Shown: piece by piece, positions 23,477 to 34,747 of the stretch
How positions within the stretch are numbered: the stretch's first letter is position 1
How the letters are laid out: the number at the start of each line of letters is the position of its first letter
DNA from: Prorocentrum cordatum
Taxonomy: Eukaryota
Reading direction: 5' to 3'
Length of the DNA: 64,000 nt
NCBI GenBank assembly: GCA_963575745.1
Contig: CAUYUJ010000059.1
Location: 434,001-498,000 of the forward strand
The notes under the pieces: generated by a model
Databases searched by the model: none
Told to the model about the DNA's origin: nothing
The model's input: the letters and a program-made list of their open reading frames with translations, nothing else
Program-made: the position numbers and the translations under genes

Positions 23477-23862
23477 CTCCTCCTCCTCCTCCTCCTCCTC
23501 CTCCTCCTCCTCCTCCTCCTCCTCCTCCTCCTCCACCTCCTCCTCCTCCTCCCTCCTCCTCCTCCTCCTCCTCCTCCTCCTCCTCCTCCTCCTCCTCCTC
23601 CTCCTCCTCCTCCTCCTCCTCCTCCTCCTCCTCCTCCTCCTCCCTCCTCCTCCTCCTCCTCCTCCTCCTCCTCCTCCTCCTCCTCCTCCTCCTCCTCCTC
23701 CTCCTCCTCCTCCTCCTCCTCCTCCTCCTCCTCTCCTCCGCCTCCTCCTCCTCCTCCTCCTCCTCCTCCTCCTCCTCCTCCTCCTCCTCCTCCTCCTCCT
23801 CCTCCTCCTCCTCCTCCTCCTCCTCCTCCTCCTCCTCCTCCTCCTCCTCCTCCTCCTCCTCC
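23477..23862. repeat. Nearly pure (CCT)n microsatellite
   Basis: Direct inspection. Confidence 0.95.
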
Positions 23863-24184
23863 TCTTCCCCAGGGCCCGATCTAACCGTACCCACTTCGGG
23901 CGCCCAGCAAGGAGAAGATCGGCTCCCGAGAGGCGGGCGCCGCGGGCGGGCCCCGCAGCAGGCCGGCCTGGGCGGGCGGCCCCTGGCCCGCGGCGCCGCC
24001 GCCGGCCGCTGGGCCCGCGCCGCCTGGGGGCGAGCCTGGGAGGCCAGAGGAGGAAGGCCTGCAGAGGATCGGGGAAGAGAGGAAGCTGTGGGGCTCTGGG
24101 AAGGATGGACCCCCTCCTCCTCCCTCCTCCTCCTCCTCCTCCTCCTCCTCCTCCTCCTCCTCCTCCTCCTCCTCCTCCTCCTCT

Positions 24185-24320
24185 CGGGCAAAACCACCGA
24201 GGCGGGAGCGCCAGCCCCGGAGCGAAGCAGGCACGAACCCGGGAAATCGCCAGCACTCGAACCCAGGGCGCCCGAGAACACCCACCCACGGGAAGGGGAA
24301 GCATGCAGCGGATCGGGGAA
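24185..24320. repeat. Dispersed repeat family 8 (second copy at about 25888-26050)
   Basis: Shared GCACGAACCC..GAAA..GC.AGCACTCGAACCCAGG.CGCCCGAG..CACCCACCCACGG. Confidence 0.65.
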
Positions 24321-25689
24321 GAGAAAGCTGCATAAGAGCATAGACTTCTCGGAGCTCCGCGCGGACCTCTTGGACCGGCGCCGGGTCCACCTGGCAGCGC
24401 CTCCGGCGCCGCCCTTGGGCGCGCTCCGTGCGCCAGGGAGGGGATTCCGGCGCCGATCCCGAAGAACGCGCGGAGCTCCAGAAGTTCATATTAATGCTGC
24501 CTCTTTTTGTCCTTCTTATTTTTACGCTTCTTCTTATTATTCGCCTTCTTCTTCTTCTTGTTCCTCTTCTTCCTCGGGGGCGGCGGCAAAGAGGGGGGTG
24601 AAGACTGGGGGGGGGGGGGATATCATGGCGTGGGCCATATGATATTTCCCCAGATTTCATGGCGCCTCTTCTTATTTCATTACGTCCCTGGCCCCCCCCT
24701 GGGCCGCGCACATGCCGCCGGTCATGAGTTGCACCCCCCCCCTCTTGGACGCCCCCCTCTTGGCCGCCCCCGACTTCCGGGGGGAGAGAAGCAGGGACCA
24801 CCGCCAGCGAGAGTCCAGGGGGGAGGGGGGCGCCGACCCCTGGGCGTGGGGACGCGCGAGTATCGCCAGTTGCTGGGTGGCGCTCGGGCGTGCCGCCGCC
24901 CAGGTCCTCGGAGAGGTGCCGGTATACCCGTCCCTCGTCGCCGCGGCTGGCTTCGCCTCGAGATCTTGGCCAGGACGCACTCCTGGAGGTGTCTTTGGAG
25001 CAGCGGCGTGGGCATCTTGTTGTCTCCTCCCACGGGAGGAGCGCGCAGCCTCCTCCTCCTCCTCCTCCTCCTCCTCCTCCTCCTCCTCCTCCTCCTCCTC
25101 CTTGGAGTGTGGGTATTTTGTTGTCCCCCCCCCCACGGGAGGAGCGCGCAGCCGCCAGTGGACCAGCGGGAGGCCGAGAGGCAGTCGGCAGCTCACGAGG
25201 CCCGGGCGGGGGGGGGGGGGGTAGATTGTGCCAAAGGTTTGTCTGAGACAGCAGCTCTTCCCAAGGGCCCCTGGAGACCAGGACACTGATAAACCAGGAC
25301 ACGGAAAACCAAGTAAGCGACGCCCTCTCTTGCAAAGCCACATTTTCCAACACCCGTGCATTGTTTGTTTGCTGCACTGCAGGATTCGGGTTCGTGTCCA
25401 GGTTAGGGGGGACCTTCAGGGCTTTTAGGGTCTATGTCCGGGTTCATTCTGGAAATGCTACAGTGCAGTATCGTGTTCGTGCCGCCGTCTGTAAAAAATG
25501 GTTTCGAGGGATGTTGGGTGTCCGGGTCTACCGTGTCAGGGTTTACGGGGCCTTACCAGCTGCATGCGGCAAGCTCCGCCACCGTGCCAGCGCCACATTC
25601 TGTGTGGCAACGCTTTGAGCATCGCCCAGAAGACCGGAACCTGTGACACCTCTCGTCTCTATTCCATGAAGGGCTATGATGATGCACAC

Positions 25690-27035
25690 GTCGGTTGTCT
25701 TGGGGTTGTCTGGAGCCTTTCTGGGACCATATTGAGCCGTCTGGGGGCCCTTTTCGGCCGACTTGGTGACGTCTTGGGCCCCTCTCGGCCATCTGGAGGT
25801 CGCTTAGGGCTGTATTGGGGATCCCTTCAGGCCGTTTTGAGTCTGTGCTAGGGGCCTTTGGGAGGGATAAACTTCGACGCAAGGAAACGGGCCAAACCAA
25901 CGAGACGGGAGCGCGAGCCCTGGAGCGAAACAAGCACGAACCCAGGAAACCGCGAGCACTCGAACCCAGGACGCCCGAGCACCCACCCACGGAAAAGGGA
26001 AACGCGCGATCCCCGGAAAGCACGACGCATCCCCCGAGAGCGAGTGGAGGAAGGGCCTTTCTGGCCCGCCTGACGCCGTCGATAGCCGTCTTGGCAGCCT
26101 TTCTGGGCACGCCGGGGGCCCTCCTGGCGCGCTGCAGGGCCGTCTCGGAGGCCATCCTGGGCGTCTTGGAAGTGTCCCAGGCCGCCCTGGGGCTGTCCTG
26201 GGGGCCTCTCGGGCCGTCGGTGGCCCGTCTCGGAGGCCCCTCGGGCGCTCTCGGGGCCATCTTGGTGACCTCTGCGGCCACCTTGGGCTGTCGGAAAGCC
26301 GAAAATAGCAGACCCCACAAGCCGTCAAAAGCCTCAAACAAATAAGCGGCGTTGGCCGCGTCGGCCCTTCTGCAGGACCTTTTGAGGGCCCCGTGTGCCG
26401 TCCTGGGCCATCTCGAGGCCATCTGAAGCCGTTTTGTCTGCATCATGGGCCGTCTTGAAGGCATCCTGCGACAAGCTTGGGCTCTCTCTCTTGGGGCCAT
26501 TCTGGCCGTCTTGGAGGCCATCTTGGGTGTTAGGGGGGCTTCTTCGGCCATCTGTGGGCCCTCCTGGGGCCGTCTTGGGGGCCTGCTGTGCCATCAGGTG
26601 GACATTTCGGGGGCCTCTTGGGTGATCTTGAAGCGATTTGGGAGACCTCTCGGGCCGTCTTGGGCCGTCGGAAGACTGGAAAGGAGCAAACGCTGAAGCC
26701 GCTTAAAATCAGAGGAAGTTAATGATTTTGGCCTCGTCAAGCCGTGGGCCGTCGGAAGGCCGATAATAACGAAATCCCAGAATCCTTTAAAACATACCTA
26801 ATGGAACTAAAAGAGGTTCAGCCTCTTCGGGCATTAATCAAGGACCTCTTGGACGCCTCTCGGGCTGTCTTCGAAGCGTTTTGGGGGCCTCTTGCGCTGT
26901 CTTGGGTCATCCTGAAACCATCTTGGGCTGTCTTGGGGCCATCTTGGGATTTGGGGGACACCTTGGCCGTTTTGGAGGCCACCTTGGCAGTCTTGGAGTC
27001 CATCTTGGGCCACCTTGGCAGTCTTGGAGTCCATC
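25690..27035. repeat. Low-complexity dispersed repeat built from GGGCC/TCTTGG motifs
   Basis: Recurrent GGCCGTCTTGG, GGCCATCTTGG and GGGCCTCTTGG; related tracts at about 480-600, 22660-22930 and, inverted, 1680-1910 and 18035-18400. Confidence 0.6.
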
Positions 27036-28091
27036 TTGCTCCCAGGCCACTCGTGCTGTATGCCTGCTAAGCTTTAGATCGACGCTCAAGAGTTCTGCCT
27101 CCAGACGCGCACAGCGCACTGAGGTCCAGCAGGTGAGAATTCAAGCCGCCCGAAGACTCCAGAGGCTTTCCAGGGGCCTCCCAGAGCTCCCAGCGGCTGC
27201 CATTGGCCTTTTCGGCTCCTATGGGGAACGGGGCCTTCCGGAACGCTGGAGGCTTCCAGAGAGTCCCTCGGGAGGTCTCCTCCACCGGCAGGTCCAGCAG
27301 GGCCACTCCTGAAGACCAATACGGCGACAGACGATATGACAGTTGTTCGCGACCCAGAGACTCCAGAGCGGGCTCCTTCCCAGACGCCCCCGGGCATGGC
27401 GAGCGGCACCAGCGCAAATGAAGCGCCTCGCGCGAGTACCTGCGAGGCTCCTCCGACACGCCCCCGGCTGGATGTAGGAACCCCTTCTCTTCCGCTCCCC
27501 TCCCCCCCCTGCCCCACGCTCCTCTCCCACCCTCCTCTCTCTCCCCTTCCCCTCCCTGGCCCTCCCCTCCCCCTCCCCTCCTCCCCCTCCCCTCCCCCCC
27601 CCTCCCCCTTCCCCGGCTTGACGGCGCCCCCCCCCCCCTCCTCTCCCCCCTCTCCCCTCCCGAGGGGGGTTGGGCCAGGGGCGCCGCCCCCGCGCCCCCC
27701 GCGCCCCCCGCGCCAGCAGGAGGAGGAGGAGGAGGAGGAGGAGGAGGAGGAGGAGGAGGAGGAGGAGGAGGAGGGAAAGGAGGAGGATAGGGAGGAGGAT
27801 GAGGAGGAGGAGGAGGAGGAGGAGGAGGAGGACGCCCGCCCGCGCCCCCCGCGCCGGGCCCGGCCTCCGACGCCCCCCCGCGCCGAGGCCGCGGCCGCGG
27901 CGGAGGACGAGGCCGCCCTGCGGCCCGCGCCCGAGGAGTGCGCCTGCCACGGCCAGGGTCCTCCGGGCGCTGGGGGGAGCGGGCCGTGTCCTCCCTCCTC
28001 CTCCTCCTCCTCCTCCTCCTCCTCCTCCTCCTCCTCCTCCTCCTCCTCCTCCTCCTCCTCCTCCTCCTCCTCCTCCTCCTCCTCCTCCTCC

Positions 28092-28113
28092 TCCGTAGCC
28101 ATTTTGGCTCAAG
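28092..28113 (+). other. Dinoflagellate spliced-leader sequence (retroposed copy)
   Basis: TCCGTAGCCATTTTGGCTCAAG is a 22/22 match to DCCGTAGCCATTTTGGCTCAAG; followed by AC, not by the GT donor of an SL-RNA gene. Confidence 0.95.
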
Positions 28114-28292
28114 ACGGAGCTTACCTCCCGTCCCGACTCCAGAGGCTCGAGGCCGAGGTGGAAGGGCAGCCCCTTCCTGAGGCCTGGCTGCCTCGGCCAG
28201 CTTTCAGGTTCCTTGGTGAACCGCTCTTCTTCGTTTTCCGTGAGCTCCTGTTGGAGCACCTGGCCCGATCCCACCCTGGGCGCAGCTGGGTG

Positions 28293-29537
28293 ATGGGCTG
28301 GGTCTATGCGCCGTGGACCAAGCAGCTGCCGCCTCGGCGAGGTGTCCTTGGCCCGCAAACGAAGCAGGCGTACAGCGTTTGTGCGCTCTGTGGGCACTGG
28401 GAGTACGATTTCCATGGACACAAGTGTTGCTCCAAGTGCAAAGGAGAGTACCTCGGCCAGCCGCATAATGCAGTTCGTGATGTTGGTGACAAGCGCGGCG
28501 TGGGCCGTTGGCGCAAGAGCAGAGGGCAGGTGCAAGGCCCTTCGCTGGACGACGAACTGGAGAGGCTGGCCACACTTTTCCCTGATCGCGCTGAAGCTCT
28601 TCGAGGTGCTCGTGGTCAAGGTCCGCACGCTCCTGGCCCTGAGCCTGTGGCGTCGTCTGACGACGAGCTGGACAGGAAGGTGGCCAAGCAGCGTACTGCC
28701 CTTGCCATGGCTGTTGAGCGTGATTCCAAGGCTGAGCGTTTGGCACTACTTGAGGTGGAACATCGTCTGGCGGCTGTATTACGCCATAAAGACGCCCTGG
28801 CCAAGGCGGAGATGGCGCACGCGGAGGCTGTCCAGCACCTGGAGAGCGCCGCCGCGGCCCACAAAGCAGCCTACGTTGAGTTGGACAAGTTTGACCCTCT
28901 GGAGTTCAGACGGCAGGTGGTGGCTGAAGAACAAGCTAAGCGTGATCTACATGAGCGTGAGTGCCGCGCTGCTGGTGCTAAAGGACATGGCGCCCCTGAT
29001 GCAGGGGGTCCTCATGATATGCAAGTTGATGGTGATTCCCCTTCCGTTCGACCTGGGCACGTTCAACCCCCCGCTGGTGGCCATCCTGCTGCTAGCGAAG
29101 TTGGAGGAGTTGCTGGCCCAGATCCTGAGCCCCCAGGCATTGTGGTTATGTCTCGTCAAGAATTGCAAGATTGGTGTACTAAGTTCAACCAGCGCTTCGA
29201 GTTCTGGTTGCAGATCAAGGAGTTCAGGACCCACCTGGATGAAGACGCGGCTTCTGAAGCTCCTTCTGAATTGGGAGATGAGGAGCAGAATCGCGCCGAG
29301 CTTGAGCAGCTCAAGAAGCGTAGTATCGATGCAGCATTATCCCCAGAAGAGTTGGTCAAGCTTGAGAAGCTCATGCAGAAGCAGTCCCACATCAAGGCCG
29401 CCAAGCGTCTCCGTACTGTTCGAGATGGCGCCGCGGCCTCTTTCAACCGTGCGTTGGAGCAGATGCAGCCAGGCGCCGCTGGACCTGTACGTTCACAAGC
29501 TGGCGGTGGGCAAGCATCTGGTTCACAGCGTTCCTAG
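28293..29537 (+). CDS. LINE-B ORF1 (414 aa): N-terminal C4 zinc finger plus coiled coils
   Basis: First ATG after the SL; CALCGHWEYDFHGHKCCSKC; long E/K/A/L-rich helical segments; stop 13 nt before the ORF2 ATG. Confidence 0.75.
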   Translation: MGWVYAPWTKQLPPRRGVLGPQTKQAYSVCALCGHWEYDFHGHKCCSKCKGEYLGQPHNAVRDVGDKRGVGRWRKSRGQVQGPSLDDELERLATLFPDRAEALRGARGQGPHAPGPEPVASSDDELDRKVAKQRTALAMAVERDSKAERLALLEVEHRLAAVLRHKDALAKAEMAHAEAVQHLESAAAAHKAAYVELDKFDPLEFRRQVVAEEQAKRDLHERECRAAGAKGHGAPDAGGPHDMQVDGDSPSVRPGHVQPPAGGHPAASEVGGVAGPDPEPPGIVVMSRQELQDWCTKFNQRFEFWLQIKEFRTHLDEDAASEAPSELGDEEQNRAELEQLKKRSIDAALSPEELVKLEKLMQKQSHIKAAKRLRTVRDGAAASFNRALEQMQPGAAGPVRSQAGGGQASGSQRS

Positions 29538-29550
29538 CCAACATGGTGCG

Positions 29551-32500
29551 ATGGAGGCGTCGAGTCTTCGCAATCCGTCCTCGGCGATTGAGTTGATGTT
29601 CTGCAATATCACATCATGGAATCAGGTGACATTGGATTTATTGCAACATATCAAGCCCTTGTGCGATGGCTTCTTTGTTGCGGAGCATCATCTTCTGAAG
29701 GACCTCCCGCGCGCCAAACGCAATGCAGCTCAGATTGGCTGGAGGCCGCATCTGAGGCCAGCCCTCCCCTCCCCTGGAGGGGGTACTCATGGAGGAGTAG
29801 GAGCTGTGGTTTCCAAAGGTTTGTGTTTCCGACGTTTTTTGTCCTCGGATCCGAGCTTGTCAGATTTTGGCAGCGGCCTCAATTGGCAATTTTTGGAGCT
29901 CAAAACCAAAGAATGTGTCATTGCTGTAGGTGCGATATATTTGATTGCTGACCTGGTTTTTTTTTGTCTGGGGAAAACATCGAGCGCATCCGTGCCGTTT
30001 CCGAGTTCCTTGGGACCCTCGCCATTCCCTGGCTCTTGATGGGAGATTTCAACGTACTCGTGAGCGACATGGACCTGTCTGGTTTCCCGAAGCTTGCTCG
30101 TGCACGCTGCCTAGTTCCAGAAGATGTCGGCTTCACTTGTACCCAGGGACGCGGCACACTTATTGACTATGTGATTGCTTCCAGCGACTTGGCTGATTAC
30201 GTTCATGCTAGTACGTATACTCATAGCCCCTTTAAAACTCATGTCTGCCTGAAAGTTTGCATTCAACATGAAGCTTTGTAACAACACATGTGACAACGCG
30301 GTAAGTCTATACCGTTCCCGAATTGTCCTGGGCCTGATTTACCCTGGCCACAGCATCTCCTAAACGCCGCTGCGAGTCTCGGGCGAGAAAGAGTGCTGCC
30401 TGAAGTTCCGGGGTATCTTTACAATGCACTGGTGCCGCATGTTCAGGGCAATTTAAGTGAGAAGCTTACGTCTTTGTATCGCACTTGGTCTAGAGCGACC
30501 GAAGCCATGTTTGAGTCTCGTGCGGTTGCAGTCGACCACAGTGCGTGCCAGGTAAAACGATGTGAATTTCCAGTTTTTCGGCGCGCGGCGATTGGTCGGA
30601 CGGGCCCTGCTGGCCAAAGTTTTCGCGAACCAGAACTGGCTCATTGGGCCAAAGTTTCTCAAAAGATGTACGAGCATCGACTTTACCTGGCAAGAAAGTC
30701 GTTGCACATGGTCGCGAGCTCAGGTAGCGTCCTACAAGGTTTAGCTTTGCAGCTGGACAAATACACCTGTGCCGACGATGCGTACGGCATCGGCTGGTGG
30801 CGCGCCCAGTTTTGTTCGCTTCCCAACGAGGTCGAAGGACTCGACACCTTGACGGGCGCTATTTCTACTCGAGTGAGTGCTGCCTGGAAGGCTGCAAGGA
30901 GCTTGTCCAGAGCTCGGATGAAAGACTGGCTCCTCAAAGCCCTTCCCAAAGGTGCGAAAAAAGGTGCACGCTTGGTTGAAACATGACCTTGGGGAACCGC
31001 CCCAAGTCCTGCTGGCCCCTCAAGGGGTCCGTCAGCTCCCTGGGGATCTTGGGATATCGGCAGGCTTTCTGGAGCCAAGTTTGGGATTCCCCAGACGGGA
31101 TGTCTTTGCTCTCAGGAGTGCTGGATGCGCTCAGACCTCGCGCCCTCATGTCCCTTGAGGTTTTGGACCCCTTGGAACCCATCGATGTGTTGAGAGCTGC
31201 GAGGTGTTTTTCTAACACTACTGCGGTTGGGGTCGATTCTTGGGCTCCTCGGGTGTTGGTTGACTTACCTCGAGACGCTGTTTTGGGGTACACGCATCTC
31301 CTCAATCAGTGTGAAGCTTCGTTGTCCTGGCCTCCCCAGGTTTTTCTCAGTGTTATAGCTTTGCTTCCTAAGAACATAGAGTGTGATCGTCCGATTTGTA
31401 AATGCCCCTCCCTGTACAGGGTGCACTGCAAGGCTCGTAATTATGATCTTGATAGATGGACGCTAGACAGGTATAATTATTGGGACACCGCAGTGAGAGG
31501 ATCCAGCGCGATCCAGGCCGTCTTACTTCGCGAGCTCGGCCATGAGATGGCTCGCATGTTGGGGCTCTGCTCGGTCGGAGCCCACTGGGACCTCAAGCGT
31601 TTTTTCGACACTGTCCAGCCGCGCAGGCTGCTTGAGTTTGCTGTGAAGATGGATTACCCGCTCCACCTCCTCTACCTTGGTGTTTTGATTCATGAGTCCC
31701 CTCGTGTTCTAGAGGTTGGTGGTTTTGTTTCTGATATGATTCCCCCTGGGAGGGGTATCCTGGCGGGGTGCATGCAATCCATGTCATGGGTTAAGATTTA
31801 CTTGTATGAGATCCTGGACTTGGCTCAAGTGCAATATCGCCCCGTCCAGGTTAAATCCTATGTAGACGATATCACCCAGTCTCAGGCTGGAAATATGAAG
31901 GATATTTTGGACTCTCTAGTGCCTGCCGCCATGTTGTTGACCCACCAGCTTGAAGAAGTTGGTTGCACCATTTCTGGCAAGTCTGCTCTTGTGTGCAGCC
32001 ATACCGACCTCGGACGTGAGCTTGCCGCCCGCTTCAGGGCGACAGGGTTGCATATTCAATTACAGGCTGCAACTCGAGATCTGGGGGTCATGACCACGGC
32101 GGGGACAAAGAGGTCTACTGTGAAGTTAATGCAACGACGTCGCCAGGCCTCCAAGAAGGCTGAAAAGGTTGCTTTTCTGGCCCGTATCGTTGGATCCGCG
32201 AGGCGATTGTATAAACCTGGGGCCCTTGCTGTCGGCTCGTGGCCCCACCAGGTGTTGGGGCTTACTCCAGGGCAAATCCAGTCTATGAGAGCCCAAGCGG
32301 CCATGTGCAGTGGTAGATGGAACCCTGGGGCCTGCACTACCACTGTCTTGGGGCTTATCAGTCCTGCCAAGGATGACCCCCAGTTTAGGCTTCGCTATGA
32401 GCAGCTTGTGAGTTTCTACGATGTATGGCAGGACCTTGCGCACGCAAAACGGCTGGAGGTTTCGCGATGCTGGGACATTGTAGTTGAGAAGTTCAGCAAG

Positions 32501-34234
32501 ACCAAGCATCGGTGGCAATGTGTGCGTGGTCCTTTGGCGGCTACAGTTCCGGTGCTCCTTGACCTCAATGTGGTACCGCGTAGCCCAGCATATTGGACTC
32601 TCCCCAATGGAATGCACGTCCGCCCCAGCGACCAGGCTTCCCCCCACACCCTCTGGAGCACGCTCATGGAGGTGTGCGGGGACACGTCGTGGAGCGGGGC
32701 TGCAAAACACTATGAAGGAGCTGGTTTAGGAGGAGGGGTTGATTTCACTGCCCCTCGGATGTTTTTGAGGAAACTTGAAAGGGAAGGCTCTTTTGAAGCC
32801 GCTGGAATGATCAGGAATGTTCTGACAGCTGGCTTTTGAACTGAGGACCGACTTGCTAAGGCGGGCTACGAGTCCTCTACTAATGGCAGGTGCCCTAGGT
32901 GCGGCCTCGAGGCCGAGACAGCAGCCCATCGTTTTTGGTCCTGCAGATGTAATGATGATATCCCCGACAGCGCGATCGACCGATCGAATGAGTTTAAGGC
33001 TGAAGCTCTGAGTTCTGCTGAAACCTCCTGTTTCTGGATGCGTGGGCCCCCGCCCTTGTCCGCCAGTGTTGGCCACCTTCCCGAGCCCATGGAGCTCTCT
33101 TGGGATTGGGGAAAGTTAAGTGCGGGAGCTCGCGTGGAAGGGGGTGTCTGGGGAATTGACGGCAGTGGAGGTAGGTATCATAAAGACTGGCGACTTAGGC
33201 GATGCGGATGGGCGATCGTCCACCAAGGTCCAGCAGGCCTCTTTGACGGTGTAGCCAGTGGGACACTGCCATCTAAGGTGCAGTCTGCTGGTCGGGCCGA
33301 ATTATTTGCACCTGTACAGCTGGTTATGCGCTCTACTGGCAATGTCAGGGTCTATTCAGATAATATGGCCGTCGTGAAAGGTGTGCGTCGCCCCCTAAGT
33401 ATGAAGGCTAAATCGTCGATGCTTGATCTTTGGAAGACTTACCATGAGGTCCTGGGGGCTCGGGGCGGCGCGGTTGATGTTCGATGGACCAAAGGTCACC
33501 CCACCCAGGCTCAGGCGTTTCACATGGTTTTGAGTGACACTGAGGTCTACCTCAATGAAGCCGCTGATTTTTTCGCGGGTAAGGCTGCTGATGCTGGCCA
33601 GGTGACAGAAGATGCGGCCCAACGGACCCTTCAGGCCGATGAGCGGGTTTTCAAGGTTTTGGGCCGCCTTCTGTCCGTCCAGAGGGAGGTTTTGTTTTGC
33701 TCTGATCGTGAGAAAGTACGACGAATAGGACGCACCCGTGCCTCTGTGAGGTCTCTGGAAGAGCGACTATGCAGGCTCCGTGACTCAGGTCATGACTGTG
33801 TGGTGCGTTCCTCGTCCTTTAAGTGTCGGTTGTGCGTACGCTCGTTCGCACGTCGAGGCCCCCTCTGTGAATTTTGGCCTTGTATTTGCAAACCCCGTGC
33901 TGAGATAAATCAGCGAATTCAAGCCCTCCCTGCTAGGAGTGCACCAGACCCTCTTGGCAGGGAGCCCTCACCTCCTCCTGATGATCTTGGGCCTTTGGAG
34001 GCGGGAGTGGGTGGGGGAACGGATCATCCCGTGGCCGAGCTGTGCCATGCCTCGCATCAGCTCGCCACTCTCAGAGGAGTATTGTTTTGCCAGGTCTGCG
34101 GGTGCCACTGCGTGGAGAACCCAAGGAACCTCAAGGTGGAATGTTTGCCAGCCACCCGTGCTGGCCACGAAGTGCTCAGCCGTCTGAAGAAGGGATTGCC
34201 TCCTAAGTCTGGAGGAAGGTTCCCTGATTTGTGA
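29551..34234 (+). pseudogene. LINE-B ORF2 (APE, RT, CCHC knuckle, RNase H, Cys/His tail), lightly disrupted
   Basis: MFCNITSW, VAEHH, MGDFN, LIDYV, KTH (APE); DRPI, WDLKRFFD, ILAGC, SYVDDI at 31859, RDLG (RT); CPRCGLEAETAAHRFWSC; IDGSG, RAEL, YSDN, KGH, NEAAD (RNase H). Lesions: frameshifts at or near T9 29957-29965 and A6 30957-30962, in-frame stops at 30279, 30291 and 32837. Confidence 0.9.
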
Positions 34235-34531
34235 TTTGGCCCAGCGTGCCCCGCCTAGCAGCAGGTCACCACGCATAGCGGTAGAATAGAATAGAATAGA
34301 ATAGAATCCTCCTCCTCCTCCTCCACCTCCACCTCCTCCTCCTCCTCCTCCTCCTCTCCTCCTCCTCCTCCTCCTCCTCCTCTCCTCCTCCTCCTCCTCC
34401 TCCTCTCCTCCTCCTCCTCCTCCTCCTCCTCCTCCTCCTCCTCCTCCTCCTCCTCCTCCTCCTCTCTGGGTTTCTACCGTGCGGCAGAGACCCAAGGACC
34501 ATCCGAGGGCGCGCTGGCCGCAGGGACCAGC

Positions 34532-34731
34532 TCGCTGCCAAACGAAAGGGAGGGATTGGGAAAGGGGGGGGTGCGAAATCTGCTGCATGCAGCTGGTTTC
34601 GGCCTCACCGAGGGGCCCATTCCTCGATACATGGCCGCCTCCGGCGCCGGGAGGCGCCGGGAAAATCAGCTGCGTGAGCTGATGCTCGAATTCCCCCCCC
34701 CGTTGCTATCCCCCCCTTTCGCCCGACCCGA
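34532..34731. mobile_element. MITE family 1, copy 2
   Basis: Colinear with 1090-1286 (shared GCTGCATGCAGCTGGTTTCGGCC and GCCGCCTCCGGCGCCGGGAGGCGCCGGGAAAATCAGCT); left end degenerate. Confidence 0.75.
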
Positions 34732-34747
34732 GAGGGGGCGAACAGAG

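Larger units (their letters stand above)
28092..34306 (+). mobile_element. Near full-length non-LTR retrotransposon (LINE-B) with 5' spliced leader, ORF1, ORF2 and (TAGAA)5 tail, flanked by (CCT)n
   Basis: Two-ORF layout, canonical APE/RT/RNase H motifs, tail at 34282-34306, (CCT)n at about 27990-28094 and 34308-34464. Confidence 0.92.

Noticed and set aside
28092..28160. SL-RNA gene
   Set aside because: No GT donor or SL intron follows the 22-mer; it runs directly into retroelement sequence.
27336..28292. N-terminal half of the 733-aa ORF
   Set aside because: Poly-P/E/S from microsatellites upstream of the SL; ORF1 most likely starts at 28293.
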